Assembly: GCA_051362555.1 (NCBI GenBank)
Contig: CM120640.1
Coordinates: 65,202,788-65,266,787 of the forward strand
Direction: 5' to 3'
Length of the DNA stretch: 64,000 nucleotides
Origin: Lingula anatina
Taxonomy: Eukaryota; Animalia; Brachiopoda
The notes below the pieces were generated by a model. The model was not told the origin of the DNA. It was given only the letters and a program-made list of their open reading frames with translations, and searched no databases. Below are positions 1 through 15,700 of the stretch, piece after piece (positions within the stretch are counted from its first letter, which is position 1; every line of letters starts with the position of its first letter). The position numbers and the translations under genes were made by a program.

Positions 1-2395
1 ACCAGTCAAACAAAACCTTTGGCATAGAGAGTTTCAATTGATTTCTGGTTCTGGCTGTTCTACTGCTGTCCATTTGTTGGAGTTAACATTTGAAATATTC
101 ATGATGAACTGCTTAAATGTCAATACTGATACTGTAATTTTGCAACATATGCCACATAAACTGGTGATTGAAAATATGAACGATTTGTTTTCACTGCATT
201 TTGCATATTAAAAACCCCCTGAAAATAAGATAATGCATGCACCAACTTCTGTAAAATGTTACTTTTCATTGTGTTCAATCTTTTTATTACCTTTGATGTA
301 AAACTGAGGTTTTCGCTACTTGAGGTTAAAGGAGAAATTGTATTATAATTGAAAATTTGACAATTAAAGTAATATGATTGACTGATGTTATATTATTATA
401 AGTATAAAAACCAAAAACATGCATGTATATTAAGAATATTTAAGATGTTTAATTTAAACATATTTTAAATCTTGACTCCAAATTTAGGAAAAAAAACATT
501 TGAAATGCAGCTGGGACATTTGGCATAGTCAAGAGTTCTTTTTTTTTTTTTTTTTTTTTTAACTGAATGCCGTATACATTTGCAGTTATACTTTCCCAAA
601 ACAGACATGACAAATATCTTGATCACATTATAAAATAAAGATATACATACCAATAAATTCTGTAGCGTGGTCTTCTTACAACTTGGCTAACCACATCTGA
701 AATGGAATGTCCCTTATTACATTCATTGTATCATCAATAGATAATCTAAGTGACAAAACACCCAGCTGCAAGGAACTTGGTCTTCCAGTGCTGAATATAA
801 TGATGTGAAAGGAAGCCAACACTATGCATAATTTAAAATTCACGTTCAATTGCGTTCTCAAAAGGCAGAATATGCAGCACACAGAATTGAACAAATAATC
901 AAATATTCATGGTTTAGTCTAAATAAATGATGATATGCTATAAATATGCAGTGGATAATGCTTTGTAATATGTGGCTGGATCAATACACAAAAGGAACAG
1001 ACAACCATCATTGCTGAACAGCAATGTTCTCATGGAGTGAGTGGGTAAAAGAGGGAGAGGGGGGGTATCAGAGATGGGGGGGGGGGGGGGGGGGGTCATA
1101 TGGAGGGTGAGGGAAGAGGGCATGGAAAAGCACTGAAAATTCCAGTTTGGAGTAATACAATATTTAGAGAAAAAGCTGAACATATACTATACCAGTACAT
1201 AGTGATAGGTAATGTATTTGCAATAAATCCCAAAAGCATTCAGCATGTCCTTTTTTTCAAAAAAAAAATTTTTTTTCTGTTGTACATATATTTTCTTGTA
1301 GCAATCTTTTTTATTATTATTATTTTGTAAAAAGCATTAAAATGCCAATGCCTCAGAGTAGCTACATGAATAATCTGCTATCACATTTGTATTCATACAT
1401 GTTACACTAAACTTTCAGATTTTATTTCAACTGACATATTCCTCATTTCCACACTGTCACACTAATGGCCAGTAGCAATCAACTTAAACCTAGATAACAT
1501 TTGCCAAAGGTGCCATTTCAGAAGATTACACACAGCCACTGTCCACGCACGCACAGATGCGCATGACTTTATGTGCAGCGCTCGGACATCACATGGCAAA
1601 TGTAACCCAATACAAATATCACAATTACTTTGTTAAAAGCAGATAACTTATTTCCCACCATATCGTGTATCTTTCAATTTGCTAAGAGGTTGATGCAAAG
1701 GTTAACAACAATGATTGGCTCCATAGAGGGGGTAAGTAGGCAAATCTACAATAGAGAAACCAGTCCTGAACAGACATGGTGGACTGAACTTTCAATTTAA
1801 ATAAGGCTATGGACACTACATGATATTATACAAGATTAAAAAAGGTACAAGAATCTGACAATGACCACACTCTCCTCAAAAAGCTATGAAACGTACCTGA
1901 ATTTTTATTTTTGGTTAAATATGCACAGTCAAAGTGAATTTTTATCACACTCATAAGTTTCTTTATTTTTTGTAAATTCCTTAAAACATAGTAGCTTTAC
2001 TATACTGTTGGTGATATTGTCTAATACCAATTGACACTACAGCTGTCAATATAATATTGTTATTTGAGATAATTTAAATGAAACCTGCATGACATATATA
2101 TTCATGCAATGACATCGTTAATTACGTGTACCTGACATCTAGGCACTCTTGATTGCTTAATGAATATAAAAACCACAAAAACCTTGATATGTACTAGTGC
2201 ATGTACTACAAATGTAGAAAGGTTTGTTTTGCATTTGACATGTGAAGTTCTTTGCCACTTAAACCCAACCAAATCCCATCATATAGTTTTCAAATAACAT
2301 AACCTAAAGTAATACCAAAGGCTGTTGTCCCAAACTTCCCAAAAAATGATGTAAAGGAATACTTTCTCTTCTCTGTCTGTGCATTATATAACCTT

Positions 2396-2852
2396 CCGTG
2401 TGACTGAATTGCACAATACACCACAATACAGCGCAACACAGTGCAATACACTGGAAAAAACAATTCCAGTTGCAATTACTCAAAAGAAATCAAAGTACGG
2501 TGATATAAAAGGAAACTACATTACTAGGTAATTAATGTCGTGGATATTACTTAACAAATTGGCAAGACTTTTATATCATCGGGTCGGCAGCCATGTTGAC
2601 GCGTGGCTTTTGTTGGAAATATTACCAGCCAAGAGCCAGCTGACCTGACAATGAAAAAATGGTGCTGATATGTTAAGTTGTATCAATGATATTAAGTACT
2701 AAGTAATATATTTTGTACTAAGTAATATATTTTGCTTTTATATCACCCTATTTTGTTTGAAATTACCCTTCCCTGTGTTTACTTGCAACTGGACTTGTTT
2801 TTTCAAGTGTATTGTGCTGTATTGTGGTGTTTTACGCAATTCAGTCACACCC
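2396..2852. mobile_element. Mutator (MULE)-like palindromic MITE
   Basis: Long imperfect inverted arms (ccGTGTGACTGAATTGC... / ...GCAATTCAGTCACACcc) flanked by an exact 9-bp direct repeat TATAACCTT (2387-2395 and 2853-2861). A 9-bp TSD with long TIRs is typical of MULEs. Confidence 0.8.
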
Positions 2853-3325
2853 TATAACCTTCTACTGTTTCTCTCAAGTCTTTTTTAAATGTTTACTTTT
2901 TTGCATGTGCAGCACCAATTCATCATACATTATTATGTAATTTGCCAGTCTTTAACGAACTGGAGAGGTGGATAAATAGGTCTAGTTTACAACCAAAGAA
3001 GGTTTAGAAGTTTTAGACTGTGCTCAAAACAAAAGTTATCATACTAGCAGGAACAACATATCTCAGTGGGGTATCTCGCTAAGGTGCTGACAATGTAATC
3101 TGCTAAATTGTCTGGTACACCCCCTCGCAAAGCAAAATGAACAACATCATGAATGACAAAGTTTTCCAGACCTTACCCAAGTAATTTAAGTTCTAAAAAG
3201 ATGGCAAAGGGCAGCAAGACAAAATACATGGGAAGTGAAAGAACAAAGATTTTTAATCATCATGTCAGATTATTGGGATGTGCTTTGTATCAGTTTGTAT
3301 TTCTTGTACTGCATGCATCTGTGGA

Positions 3326-3430
<105 letters not shown>

Positions 3431-4247
3431 CTTTGTCTATTTCACATGCATATTAAAATATAAAAATTGACAAACATGGAATCACTGAAATTTGAATAGC
3501 TTTTGATCTAAATGAGATGGCTAAAAAATTACACAAAATCAGATACATTTTCCGAGTATGTACAGGTAGATGTAGCTATCATTGTCTTACTAGTACATGA
3601 AATTGTTCATTCTCACGTCTCTAGCCCTACAATTAAGAGGGGGTTGTGATCCTACAATGTACCACTGTACCAAAGCAGCGACCCAGAAAATTTTACCGAG
3701 AATTTTGACTGACTTAGTTCGTAAAGCTAGCATGCACGCTCCGCTGTCCTCTTGATCCGTCTAGTATGCGAAAAATAGCTCATTGTGCCATTAACCGAGG
3801 AAGAGGTGACAGAGGTGAAGAGCTCCCAAGTAAAACAAAGTGAAAGTTGTCTTGAGCATACAGTACCTGTGTTGCAACATGCATATGACCGCAGCAAGGC
3901 TTGACAAGGTCATTTGTGCATGGATTGATGGAGAAAACTACTGCACAAAACCACCGGCTGTTAGATCATCGATGAGATGGTTACAGCTTGAATTTACTTG
4001 AAAGAATGAAACGATGTCATTCAGCAGCATGAGCATATGGCAATCAAAACTAGCATATGCTATTTTAACAAATTGCATAAATGATTTCATATGAATAATA
4101 TTTTTTATATTACAGTGCAGTCTTGTATTTTTCATGATATAAATCTGTGTGACACAACAAAGAGACAAGTGTGTCGTTTACTCCGTGGCTGCAACGACCT
4201 AGTTTCGAAAAGCAGATGTACGAAAGTTGTTATTACACAGGCTAGCT

Positions 4248-6701
4248 ATGGAGCAGCAACTTGCTAAAGAATTCAACGAAGAGGTATCGTATCGTTTGTA
4301 ATTTGCGATTCTTATGCAAAACACAGATTGCTTGATTATACGGTATTCGTAAACCCATTGCTAGAAGCAGTTTTTCGAAGCCTGGGCGTCGCCTTGGCCT
4401 CAGTCCTGTCTCGTTGACACTGCGAGATAACATCACATATCCGTTGTAAACTCTACCATTTTACTGCTTGTTTTTTCTTAATCTAATGTGAATGCTGCAT
4501 TTATTAATTTTGTACAAGTCTTAATCAAGCAAATCACCACACATTCGAAAAAAAAGAAATGTGACTTAATTGACTTTGTTCTCTTGAGTCTGAATAACTG
4601 CAGATTCTCTCAGACTCCCACACCTTTCTTATATTACATACTAATGTTACAGAATAAGGCCATCTTATATCTCAAGTAGGCCGCATTTCCATCAGCAAAC
4701 CTTAAGTGTAATACCTGTGTTTATACTGATGTCACACCGTAGCTCTCATCCACAACTACCGATAGAAGATATGGTGGTGTATGGCAAAGTTTCATGTTTT
4801 ATTTTTATAGTGTATACTGTATGTATAATACTTTTTATCTTCACATACATGTGCTAAATATAGGGCTCATTCCATGAATCCTAGTGAAATAACCAGATTC
4901 CGTAGATTGATTCAACTTTGTGGAGACTCTTGCTGAATACAATCAGTTTAACAGATTAACAGAGTCCTTTTGTTTCCAGCATACTCGTATATATCATCAA
5001 CTTTTCTGTATTCTACTCAACAGCAGGAGGAGGGGTGTTAATCTATTAAACTGATTTTATTCAGCAAAAGTCCCTCAGAGTTGGATTGATCTACGTAGAT
5101 TGATAGTTTCAATGGAAATAAGCCCATAGAGGTGCAGCTAGTACATCCACCGGGATACAGGGGCTTTCTTATCTTTTTCTTGCCTTTTACCTCCTGAAGT
5201 TGCACACTGTTAAAAAGCCATCCAGTTGTGTCATGACAGTGCTATGAATAAGATAAAATTCAACTGCTTGTCTACCAGTTATGTTCCCGTGAAATGTTAA
5301 CATACCACTTAAAAATCCCCATTAATTTGACAGGCTTCCGAATGTTTCTGGATATTACAATAGATACTACAAGGTCAAATAATGATGCAAAACATTTTTA
5401 CCTCCCTGGAAAATAACGCTACTGTGCAGAATTCTGTACAATGGCTTGAACCCAGTGATTGTTTGAGAGCTTGCTTCTGGGTAGGGAATGGCACTTTGTG
5501 CTAGATAGATAGAGATCTGTGTCATGGTCCCAGTCCTCAAGAGACATGCCTCTAGCATTTTCAGTCTTAAAACTACACCTTTTCTTTGTTTATATCATAA
5601 AAATAACATGTATTGCAAAATGGGCCATTCATTTTAATTTTAAAATAGACTTTTTTGTACCCAAAGCATTATTTATTTTATAAATCTTAAAGAACAGCTT
5701 GACTGCAATGGTGTGGTCACAGAATGTTTGAGAAACACCAAACTAGAATTGCTGCTATTAGAATTTTTTGTTCAAAATATATAGGTAAATCGTGCAGTTA
5801 AATGGCATGTACTTCGTGTTTTATTTACACAAGAAAATAAGGTTCCTGATAAGGATGTTTTGATTCACCTTTATATATATATATAATTATTTTATTATTT
5901 TATTCTAGATAAAGCTTTAGGTGGTTCAATACATTGGGAGCCATATCCTTATCCACTTAGATAATACATAAATAAACAGTAATTTTGCCATATGTTATGA
6001 GATAATGGCTGTCACATCAAAAATACATAGGGATGAATTTGCTCATGCGAGCAACAGCAGGGTTTTTGTGGTGAAAATTGCATTTTCGATTTTAAATGAA
6101 CACTCTCACCTGAACAGCTATCAACACCATTTTAATGCCTATTTATACACAACAATAAGTACTTGTGCTCGGGAATCTTTTTAAAATGCTAACCTCTGAT
6201 TACATAAGTAAAGAGGAAAATAATGTCTTTATTTGATAGAACATCATCATTATATAAACTGGCGGAGAGCTTAAAAATAAAAGTGCTTGGGATGGTGTGT
6301 TAGACAACAAAAGAGGGAATTTTTGCTCCAAAGGTGTTTAATTGCACTAGTATCTAGATAAGAATCTCACATAAAAGAAATGAGACAAAAATCTATTTTG
6401 ACCAATTTAAGTCATTTTAATGTATTGACATGTTAAAAACTCATACTCAAAGGTATCCTTTATGGGATATACCAGTCAAAATTAATTTTTTCTTGGGCAA
6501 AAGGGCAATTTTCTCCCACTCAGGAATCAGTGTTTAATCAATTCCTGCACTTAGATTAAAATATATTTTATTCCATTTTAAATTCAAAAATTTAGTTCTT
6601 AGTGACTGGCCAGTCATTTCAGAAACATTAGTACTCTGCAGGCAGATAATCATAATACAATCTGCCCACTTTTTGTCTCTACTGCAATATACTCTCACAT
6701 G

Positions 6702-6776
<75 letters not shown>

Positions 6777-9700
6777 GGGATGGGTGGGTTTACTATTTAT
6801 GTCCATTGTATGGATTAATATCATGGTAGTTTTTATGTGACACAAACTAATCCAGGTTTTATTGGTGTTTAAGACCCCAATCCCAGAGATTAGATTGATC
6901 CAACTAGATCGACCTAACTCCCTGGGGGTTCACGCTAAATAGTTGTCAGCTGAGCGGGCACAAAAGTTAATTACCCCCTCACAGCTTGTAGTAGACGGGA
7001 CTGACATTTAAGCCAGATTATCTGACAGTAATCTAGTGAGACTCCCCACGGGGATAGATCAATCTAAAATCTATGGGAATGAGCCCTAACATACATGTAC
7101 TTACTGTGATTAAGGGATATAAGTGGGGCCCTGGGGGTGTAAACTGAACTGCTTGAAATATCAAACGACTTAGTGTATTAAACATAATATTCCTGCTTAC
7201 ACCCCTGATAGAAGTTTTTATTGCAAAGAGGATAACAATTTTTAATGGCAAATTTTCAAGGGCATGAGTGTTTCAGTTTTGGTCAGTAGGTGACCTGGGG
7301 CACAGGTTGGTGAATAGGGGCTTTAATTATTGGATGATGGGCTGGTCAGGTTGCCTTACAGTTCTCATTTTGGATGAATACTACTTTAAACCTGGGAGGA
7401 CTAAACATGTCCTGTGCTGGTATGGTTTGGTACTAATATGGTGGAGTGGTATGATATCATTGACTTGCTCACAGTTTTCTTTGTTATGATTTTAGTTTCC
7501 TGTTGTAGAAAACTTTGAAATCAAGGTAATTGAATTTTGAATTATATACATGATAAAGTTTCATTTTGTAATAATTTCTTGGTGACATTTTTTTTTTCAA
7601 AAATAAAAGTGAAAGGTTAGGTGCATATCCTATTGTGAAAGATGACAGTGATATGTCCTGGGTTGACAGCATTTTTTTAGTTATTTTAATAAAAGAAATA
7701 TTTGAAGGTTTTTTGACAATTTTAAAGATATTTTCAGTGGGTCATTCAGCTGAGTTATGAATATTGTAAGTTTTGTATCACAGATTTTAACTCGTTTTTT
7801 TCTTTATATTCATTCTTGCAGTTTTATTGTACCACCAGCGTTAGCGCTGGCGGTACACATGGTTTCGGTCCCGTCCGGATCGTTCCGCCGGCTCCGCCGG
7901 ACGGCTACCGTTACCGCTTCTCCTCCTAGACGGTAAGGGCCCCCGTACCCATCTCATGGATTTAGGTCACCTACAATCTCAACTCGTTCCACGTAAAATT
8001 TGGGCTTTGTCGGTATTGGGGTCTGGGTGTGGCACTCATTACAATGCACCCTTGTCTAAAAATGGTAAAATTAAATGCTAATTATCTACCCTACGGAAGG
8101 AGTTATGGGAAAAATTTCTATAGACGGCTTTCCAAAAGTCATATGTGTAGATTTCAAATATACCCTTGGATTTGACCTTTGACCTTTACTTCAAGGTCAA
8201 ATGGGTCAAAATTTTCAAAAAAATGAAATTTTTTACGAAAAAAAATTTTTTTGCCCTGTTATTCAGACACTACACAGACTTAACCAATAATATTATTGGA
8301 AAGTGTTACACTTCAGGTCATCTTTCATCTCCATGAATTTGGGGTCAATCGGTGCATTTTCACGGGAGTAGCGGCCATAAGATACCGAAACTGAAAACTG
8401 TCTCTAATTCGGGAACCGTTAATGCTAGAGACCCATTCTTTTTTTCATTTTGTAGAGCATGTAAAGCCCAACACTGGAGGTGGTCTCGGTTTTTTTGTAT
8501 TCCATACGGTTTTCGAGTTACGCTGTATCAAAAAGTACATATTGGTGGTAAAAGCAAAATGTGCAGTACGGTAATGGATAATAAATTTTGAACTCTGGAA
8601 AAATAAAACATAAGGCTTGGCAAAGCAGACAACTTGTGTTTAAAAATGACATTATTTCATCAAATTTGAACTTCTGAAACTTCAGAGCACCTCCTATTTC
8701 AAGAATTTTGACCAAAATGACATTTTCTTTATTTTAATTAATTTTTTCTGTGCGAAATTTAAGGCACATTATGGTAACTGCAAAATTATAACATTTAGTC
8801 CCTTATATCTCCAAAACTGGCAGAGATAGGTCCATAGTTACTATTGAAGTTGAATAGGAAGTCATATACTGGCAATCTTACTGTGACCTTGAAATTGACC
8901 TTTGACCTACTTTTCACCATGAACTGAACTTTGCAAATTTTGCTTCCCTTTTATCTCCAAAACTGGCAGAGATAGGTCCATAGTTACTATTGAACTTGAA
9001 TAGGAAGTCATATACTGGCAATCTAAATGTGATCTTAAAATTGACCTTTGACCTACTTTTCACCATGAACTGAACTTTGCAAATTTTGCTTTCCTTTTAT
9101 CTCCAAAACTGGCTGAGATAGGTCCGTAGTTACTATTGAACTTGATTAGAAAGTCATATACTGGCAATCTATATGTGACCTTAAAATTGACCTTTGACCT
9201 ACTTTTCACCATGAATTGAACTTTGCAAATTTTGCTTTCCTTTTATCTCCAAAACTGGCAGAGATAGGTCCGTAGTTACTATTGAACTTGAATAGGAAGT
9301 CATATACTGGCAATCTATATGTGACCTTAAAATTGACCTTTGACCTACTTTTCACCATGAACTGAACTTTGCAAATTTTTCTTCCCTTTTATCTCCAAAA
9401 CTGGCAGAGATAGGTCCATAGTTACTATTGAACTTGAATAGGAAGTCATATACTGGCAATCTAAATGTGACCTTAAAATTGACCTTTGACCTACTTTACA
9501 CCATGAACTGAACTTTGCAAATTTTGCTTTCCTTTTATCTCCAAAACTGGCAGAGATAGGTCCATAGTTACTATTGAACTTGAATAGGAAGTCATATACT
9601 GGCAATCTAAATGTGACCTTAAAATTGACCTTTGACCTACTTTTCACCATGAACTGAACTTTGCAAATTTTGCTTTCCTTTTATCTCCAAAACTGGCAGA

Positions 9701-12700
9701 GATAGGTCCATAGTTACTATTGAACTTGAATAGGAAGTCATATACTGGCAATATAAATGTGACATTAAAATTGACCTTTGACCTACTTTTCACCATAAAC
9801 TGAACTTTGCAAATTTTGCTTCCCTTTTATCTCCAAAACTGGCAGAGATAGGTCCTTAGTTACTATTGAACTTGAATAGGAAGTCATATACTGGCAATCT
9901 ACATGTGACCTTAAAATTGACCTTTGACCTACTTTTCACCATGAACTGAACTTTGCAAATTTTGCTTTCCTTTTATCTCCAAAACTGGCAGAGATAGGTC
10001 CGTAGTTACTATTGAACTTGAATAGGAAGTCATATACTGGCAATCTAAATGTGACCTTAAAATTGACCTTTGACCTACTTTACACCATGAACTGAATTTT
10101 GCAAATTTTGCTTTCCTTTTATCTCCAAAACTGGCAGAGATAGGTCCATAGTGACTATTGAACTTGAATAGGAAGTCATATACTGGCAATCTAAATGTGA
10201 CCTTAAAATTGACCTTTGACCTACTTTTCACCATGAACTGAACTTTGCAAATTTTGCTTTCCTTTTATCTCCAAAACTGGCAGAGATAGGTCCATAGTTA
10301 CTATTGAACTTGAATAGGAAGTCATATACTGGCAATCTAAATGTGACCTTAAAATTGACCTTTGACCTACTTTACACCATGAACTGAATTTTGCAAATTT
10401 TGCTTTCCTTTTATCTCCAAAACTGGCAGAGATAGGTCCATAGTGACTATTGAACTTGAATAGGAAGTCATATACTGGCAATCTAAATGTGACCTTAAAA
10501 TTGACCTTTGACCTACTTTTCACCATGAACTGAACTTTGAAAATTTTGCTTCCCTTTTATCTCCAAAACTGGCAGAGATAGGTCCATAGTTACTATTGAA
10601 CTTGAATAGGAAGTCATATACTGGCAATCTAAATGTGACCTTAAAATTGACTTTTGACCTACTTTTCACCATGAACTGAACTTTGCAAATTTTGCTTTCC
10701 TTTTATCTCCAAAACTGGCAGAGATAGGTCCATAGTTACTATTGAACTTGATAAGAAAGTCATATACTGGCAATCTAAATGTGACCTTGAAATTGACCTT
10801 TGACCTACTTTTCACCATTAACTGAATTTTGCTTTCCTTTTATCTCCAAAACTGGCAGAGATAGGTCCATAGTTACTATTGAACTTGAATAGGAAGTCAT
10901 ATACTGGCAATCTAAATGTGATCTTAAAATTGACCTTTGACCCACTTTTTATCATGAAGGGAACCCTGCTAATTTCTTTCTCTTTTAACTTCAAACTTGA
11001 CAGAGATAGGTCCATAGTTACTCTTGAACTTGAATAGGAAGTCATATACTGGCAATTTACTGTGACCTTGAAATTGACCCTTGACCTATCTTACAAAGAA
11101 CTTAAATTTGATTGTACCATATATATTTTTTGCAATAGTTTAAAAATTCTTGTTGATTGCATTTTTACAGCTTGTCAAGCACAAAACTGGTGGCTGTGTC
11201 CCTTACTTTGTGTATGTGGGGGTCTATACGAATGCGCTTGCTCCAGCTGGTGGTACAATATTCGGAGGCGGTATCGCCTCTCTGATCCTCTAGTTTCCTT
11301 TTCTTATTATCTCTCTTTTTCTACTTCTTATATTTAAAATTAACGCAGGCTCAGTATATTGTTAAGCTTCCTCTGAGAGCAATGACAAATTATTCTTATT
11401 TTAGTAACATATGCTTTATAACTTTATAACTATGAGGTTCTGCACTGCTTTTGAAGAATTCCATCCCTGTATTTCAGGTTCATGCTCTCATTGATGATTT
11501 GTCTGAGAGGGAAGCTCTGTTTCAGAGTCTTAGGGAATACCAACAGTAAGTGACCATGAAAATATTAATTTTGTAGTTGTCAGTAAATTTGTAAATTAAA
11601 AATGTTGACAAATAGTTCTTTGAATTGCAGTGGAGAAAGAAAGAAATAAGATTGTAGAACTGAAGGAATATCTTGTTAACATTATTAATATTATTTTATT
11701 TGTCAGTTCATTGGACTTGAAGCAGCTAATGGAGGATCTCCGTAACTTGGTGAACACTCCTGGAAAAATGAGCATATATGAAGCCCTCAGGTAGTCAGTG
11801 ATATCATCTGCCTTTTTTTTTTCTCTGATAGAAGTGCTGGATGCACTTTACCTTTCTACATGTTCAGTAAAAAGCTGATGTCTTAGTCCAGTCACCTTTT
11901 TTTACTATGCATTTCCATACCCTATGTTGCTTTCATCATTTATTGATACTTGTAAGTAAATACCAGTAGAAATTGAACATCCAACTTATACCTGAAACCT
12001 GGATGTTATCTATTTCATATATAATTCATTGTAGACACAACACATGTATTTTGAAAATTTAATGTTGTTAACCCAGTTGTCTAGATATTAAATTAAATAG
12101 GCCTTTTCTTAAACACAAGTAATTCCAGTACTTACTGATGCTTTTTCACAGATCACCTTCAGACTAAAACCGTGTGCTTTCTTCTAATTCAGAGGCATGC
12201 ATTTTAGAACGAACTTTTGTCTGCTGGATTTCAGAGCATTTATGCATTCTTTGCATTTCCACTTTCAGTTAAAGTACAACTTTTAGCAGTGGCACTTATA
12301 AGCTTATTAGCTGAAAGAAGCTGTAACATGCCAGGATATTTTGAAATTATTTTCAAGATTAAAAATAACAAAATACCATAAAATGTCCAGTTTTAAAATA
12401 GCTGTAATTGTTGTGGTTGTGCTCCCCCTCCCCTCCCCAAACACACAAACACAAAATAAAAAAACAAGAAAAAAAGAAAAGAAATGGGTCTGTTGACTTT
12501 TTTAATCATAAATTGATGGTTGCTACTCCCTGCTGTATCTTGATTCTACCACAGTGATGAGTTGGATTCAGAAATTTGAGCTTGCCTGCTTTCTCTACGT
12601 GATAAATTTACTGGTTTTACTTTACCTCTAGTGTCAGGCAAAACTCACATTATGAATTCTGGTCATATCGATTCCTTGTGTCCCATGGGAGCCAAGGCAG

Positions 12701-15700
12701 AGGCCATTGGTTGTTGTTTTGGGTTTCAGCTTTTCATAGGATATATAGTGTTGGTAGGCCAGCTTAAATAGTGGCAGAAAGGAAGATCTGGATGGTTTCA
12801 TTGCCTGGAGACCTGTCTCCAGCACATTATTTTTTGTGGGTTCTTAGACTTTAAATGACAGCATGTAGGGATGTTAAGTGCAGGGCTGCATTGAAGTTTT
12901 TTTTTCTTTGAAAACCTTGTACTTGTGGAGAATCAAAACTCACTTTGCCATGAGCTATGGACCCATTCAGTGTACGTCGGTTTTATTTGTGTGAGCCTAA
13001 GTTAGATAGACGGTAAGTGATGACATATATTCATCAACTTGTGCCATGTGGGCAAGTCTACTTTCATAGACGTATAATTCACAAGGCATAATGTTCAAAT
13101 AAGGCGGTAAAGTGCACTTTCAGGATATAGGAACCTGAATCTTATTGATTTGAGATCATTTGCTCTCAACAAGGGCCCACCATTATATGGGGTTACCAGT
13201 ACTTCACAAATTTAGGGTCAACTTAAGTCTATGTCCTCATAAATTTTGATCTTTTTGTTCAGTTCATGTCTGCAACCAAACAAAAATAATAAAAATGTGC
13301 TAAAATATTAATTTTTATGTCATCAAATTAACTTGAAATAATGAGATGTTGATATTGGTCTAACAAAGTGTTCATAAGTACCATCATATCACATTAAACT
13401 GCAATTGATGTAATTTTTATGTACAGACACAGATGTGTCTGTACATATTGCCATCACCTGCGTCTGTCGTCGCCGATGGCGATGGCGATGGCGATGGCGA
13501 TGCCGATGCCGATGCCGATGCCGGCGCCGTGCACTTTCCTTGTAAACACGATAAGTGGAGGGCAGTTTTACTTTTTGGCTTTATATTTACAGAGCTGATG
13601 AATATTCATAAAACGCAGGTCAAGTTCGAAAATCAGCATGATCGGGCCATTATTGTAGAAGTTATGCTGTTTTTTCACTTTTCAGCATATTTTTCACATT
13701 TCCTCAGATTCAATTCTTAGGCATGTTAACAGTCTCATTATTAAACTAATAAGATACGTAAAAGTGTTTGTTTGACATTTCCTGCATCTTTACAACATTG
13801 TTAGTTGATTTTGTAAAAATGATGGTAAACTTGTTATCGTGTATTGTGTAATAAAGTTTCAAAAATGGAAATAAACTCATATCATTGCAGTTTGTCAGAT
13901 TGAATTATTCACTATGTTCAGAATCTCAGAATGGAAGAAATTGGACATTTAACACTGCTCTGTTGATATTTTTCCCATCTCATCAATTTTCTTAGTTGAT
14001 AATATAAAAATGGCAGTAAACTGTTAATTTTGTTTTATGTTAAAAATTGTTAAAAATGGAAAAAAAAAAAAACATTTCAGAACAGTGCTGTCTTGTTTAC
14101 ATTTTGGCATTTTCAAGTTGTGACTTTGAAGTTCCATGGGCCTGAAGACCTTTGCTAGTCACATTTTCTGAATATCCATGATACTAATATTTTATTATTA
14201 AAAATTGATGGTCATCATGCTGTTAAACATTATGTAATATTGCATCAAAATTTGAAAAAAACCTATTTTGGGCACTGCTCCCATGATGACCATTTAAGAA
14301 AAACCATGTCACTTACTGTTCTCAAACAGTACAGTAAATATATATAGATGTGTCTATACATATTGCCATCACCTGCGTCTGTCGTCGCCGTCGCCGTCGG
14401 CGCCGTGCACTTTCCTTGTAAACACGATAAGTGGAAGGCAGTTTTACTTTTTGGCTTTATATTTACAGAGCTGATGAATATTCATAAAATGCAGGTCAAG
14501 TTCGAAAATCAGCATGATCGGGCCATTATTGTAGAAGTTATGCTGTTTTTTCACTTTTCAGCATATATGCAACACTGTAAACACATTTCAACGAAAACCG
14601 ATAGGCCTGTTGTCATGAAACTCACAGGAAAAATTGATCTTACTAAAACGCAGGTCAAGTTCGAAAATTGGCATGATCGGGTCACTATTTTAGTAGTTAT
14701 GCTTTTTTTTCTTTTTTCAGCATATATGCAACACTGTAAACACAATATAAGAAAAACAGATAGGCCAATTGTCATTAAACTCACAGGAGTGGTCAATCCT
14801 GCTAAAACGCAAGTCAAGTTCAAAAATCAGCATAATCAGGCCATTATTTTAGAAGTTATGCTGTTTTTTACATTTCCTTAGATTCAATTCTTAGGCATGT
14901 TAACAGTTTCATTATTTAATTAATAAGATATGTAAAAGTGTTTTTTTGACATTTCCTGCATCTTTACTACATTGTTAGTTGATTTTGTAAAAATGATGTT
15001 AAACTTGTTATTGTGTATTGTGTAATAAAGTTTCAAAAATGGAAATAAACTCATATCATTGCAGTTTGTCAGATTGAATCATTCACTATGTTCAGAATCT
15101 CAGAATGGAGGAAATTGGACATTTGACACTATTCTATTGATATTTTTCCCATCTCATCAATTTTCTTAGTTGATCATATAAAAATGGCAGTTAACTGTTA
15201 ATTTTGTTTTATGTTAAAAATTGTTAAAAATGGAAATAAACCCATTTCAGAACAGTGCTGTCTTGTTTACATTTTGGCATTTTCAAGTTGTGGCTTTGAA
15301 GTTCCATGGGCCTAAAGACCTTTGCTAGTCACATTTTCTGAATATCCATGATACTAATATTTTATTATTAAAAATTGATGGTCATTATGCTGTTAAACAT
15401 TATGTAATATTGCATCAAAATTTGAAAAAAACCTATTTTGGGCACTGCTCCCATGATGACCATTTAAGAAAAACCATGTCACTTACTGTTCTCAAACAGT
15501 ACAGTAAATATGTACAGATGTGTCTGTACATATTGCCATCACCTGCGTCTGTCGTCGCCGTCATCGCTGTTGCCGGCACCTTGCACTTTCATTGTAAACA
15601 CGATAAGTGGAAGGCAGTTTTACTTTTGGGCTTTATATTTAAAGAGCTGATGAATATTCATAAAACGCAGGTCAAGTTCGAAAATCAGGATGATCGGGCC

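Noticed and set aside
1-210. Open frame at the window start as a possible terminal exon
   Set aside because: No recognisable homology and no upstream context.
1050-1125. Poly-G tract and Pro-rich ORF (also poly-G at 37541-37563)
   Set aside because: Simple homopolymers. G-quadruplex formation is possible, but nothing supports a function.
1545-1590. CpG patch with TGCGCATG as a possible NRF1 promoter site
   Set aside because: Partial motif only, and no associated exon was found.
9345-11045. Repeated 101-aa ORFs, and a CRISPR-like appearance of the array
   Set aside because: These are translations of the 146-bp satellite. There are no unique spacers and no cas genes, and the context is eukaryotic and intronic.
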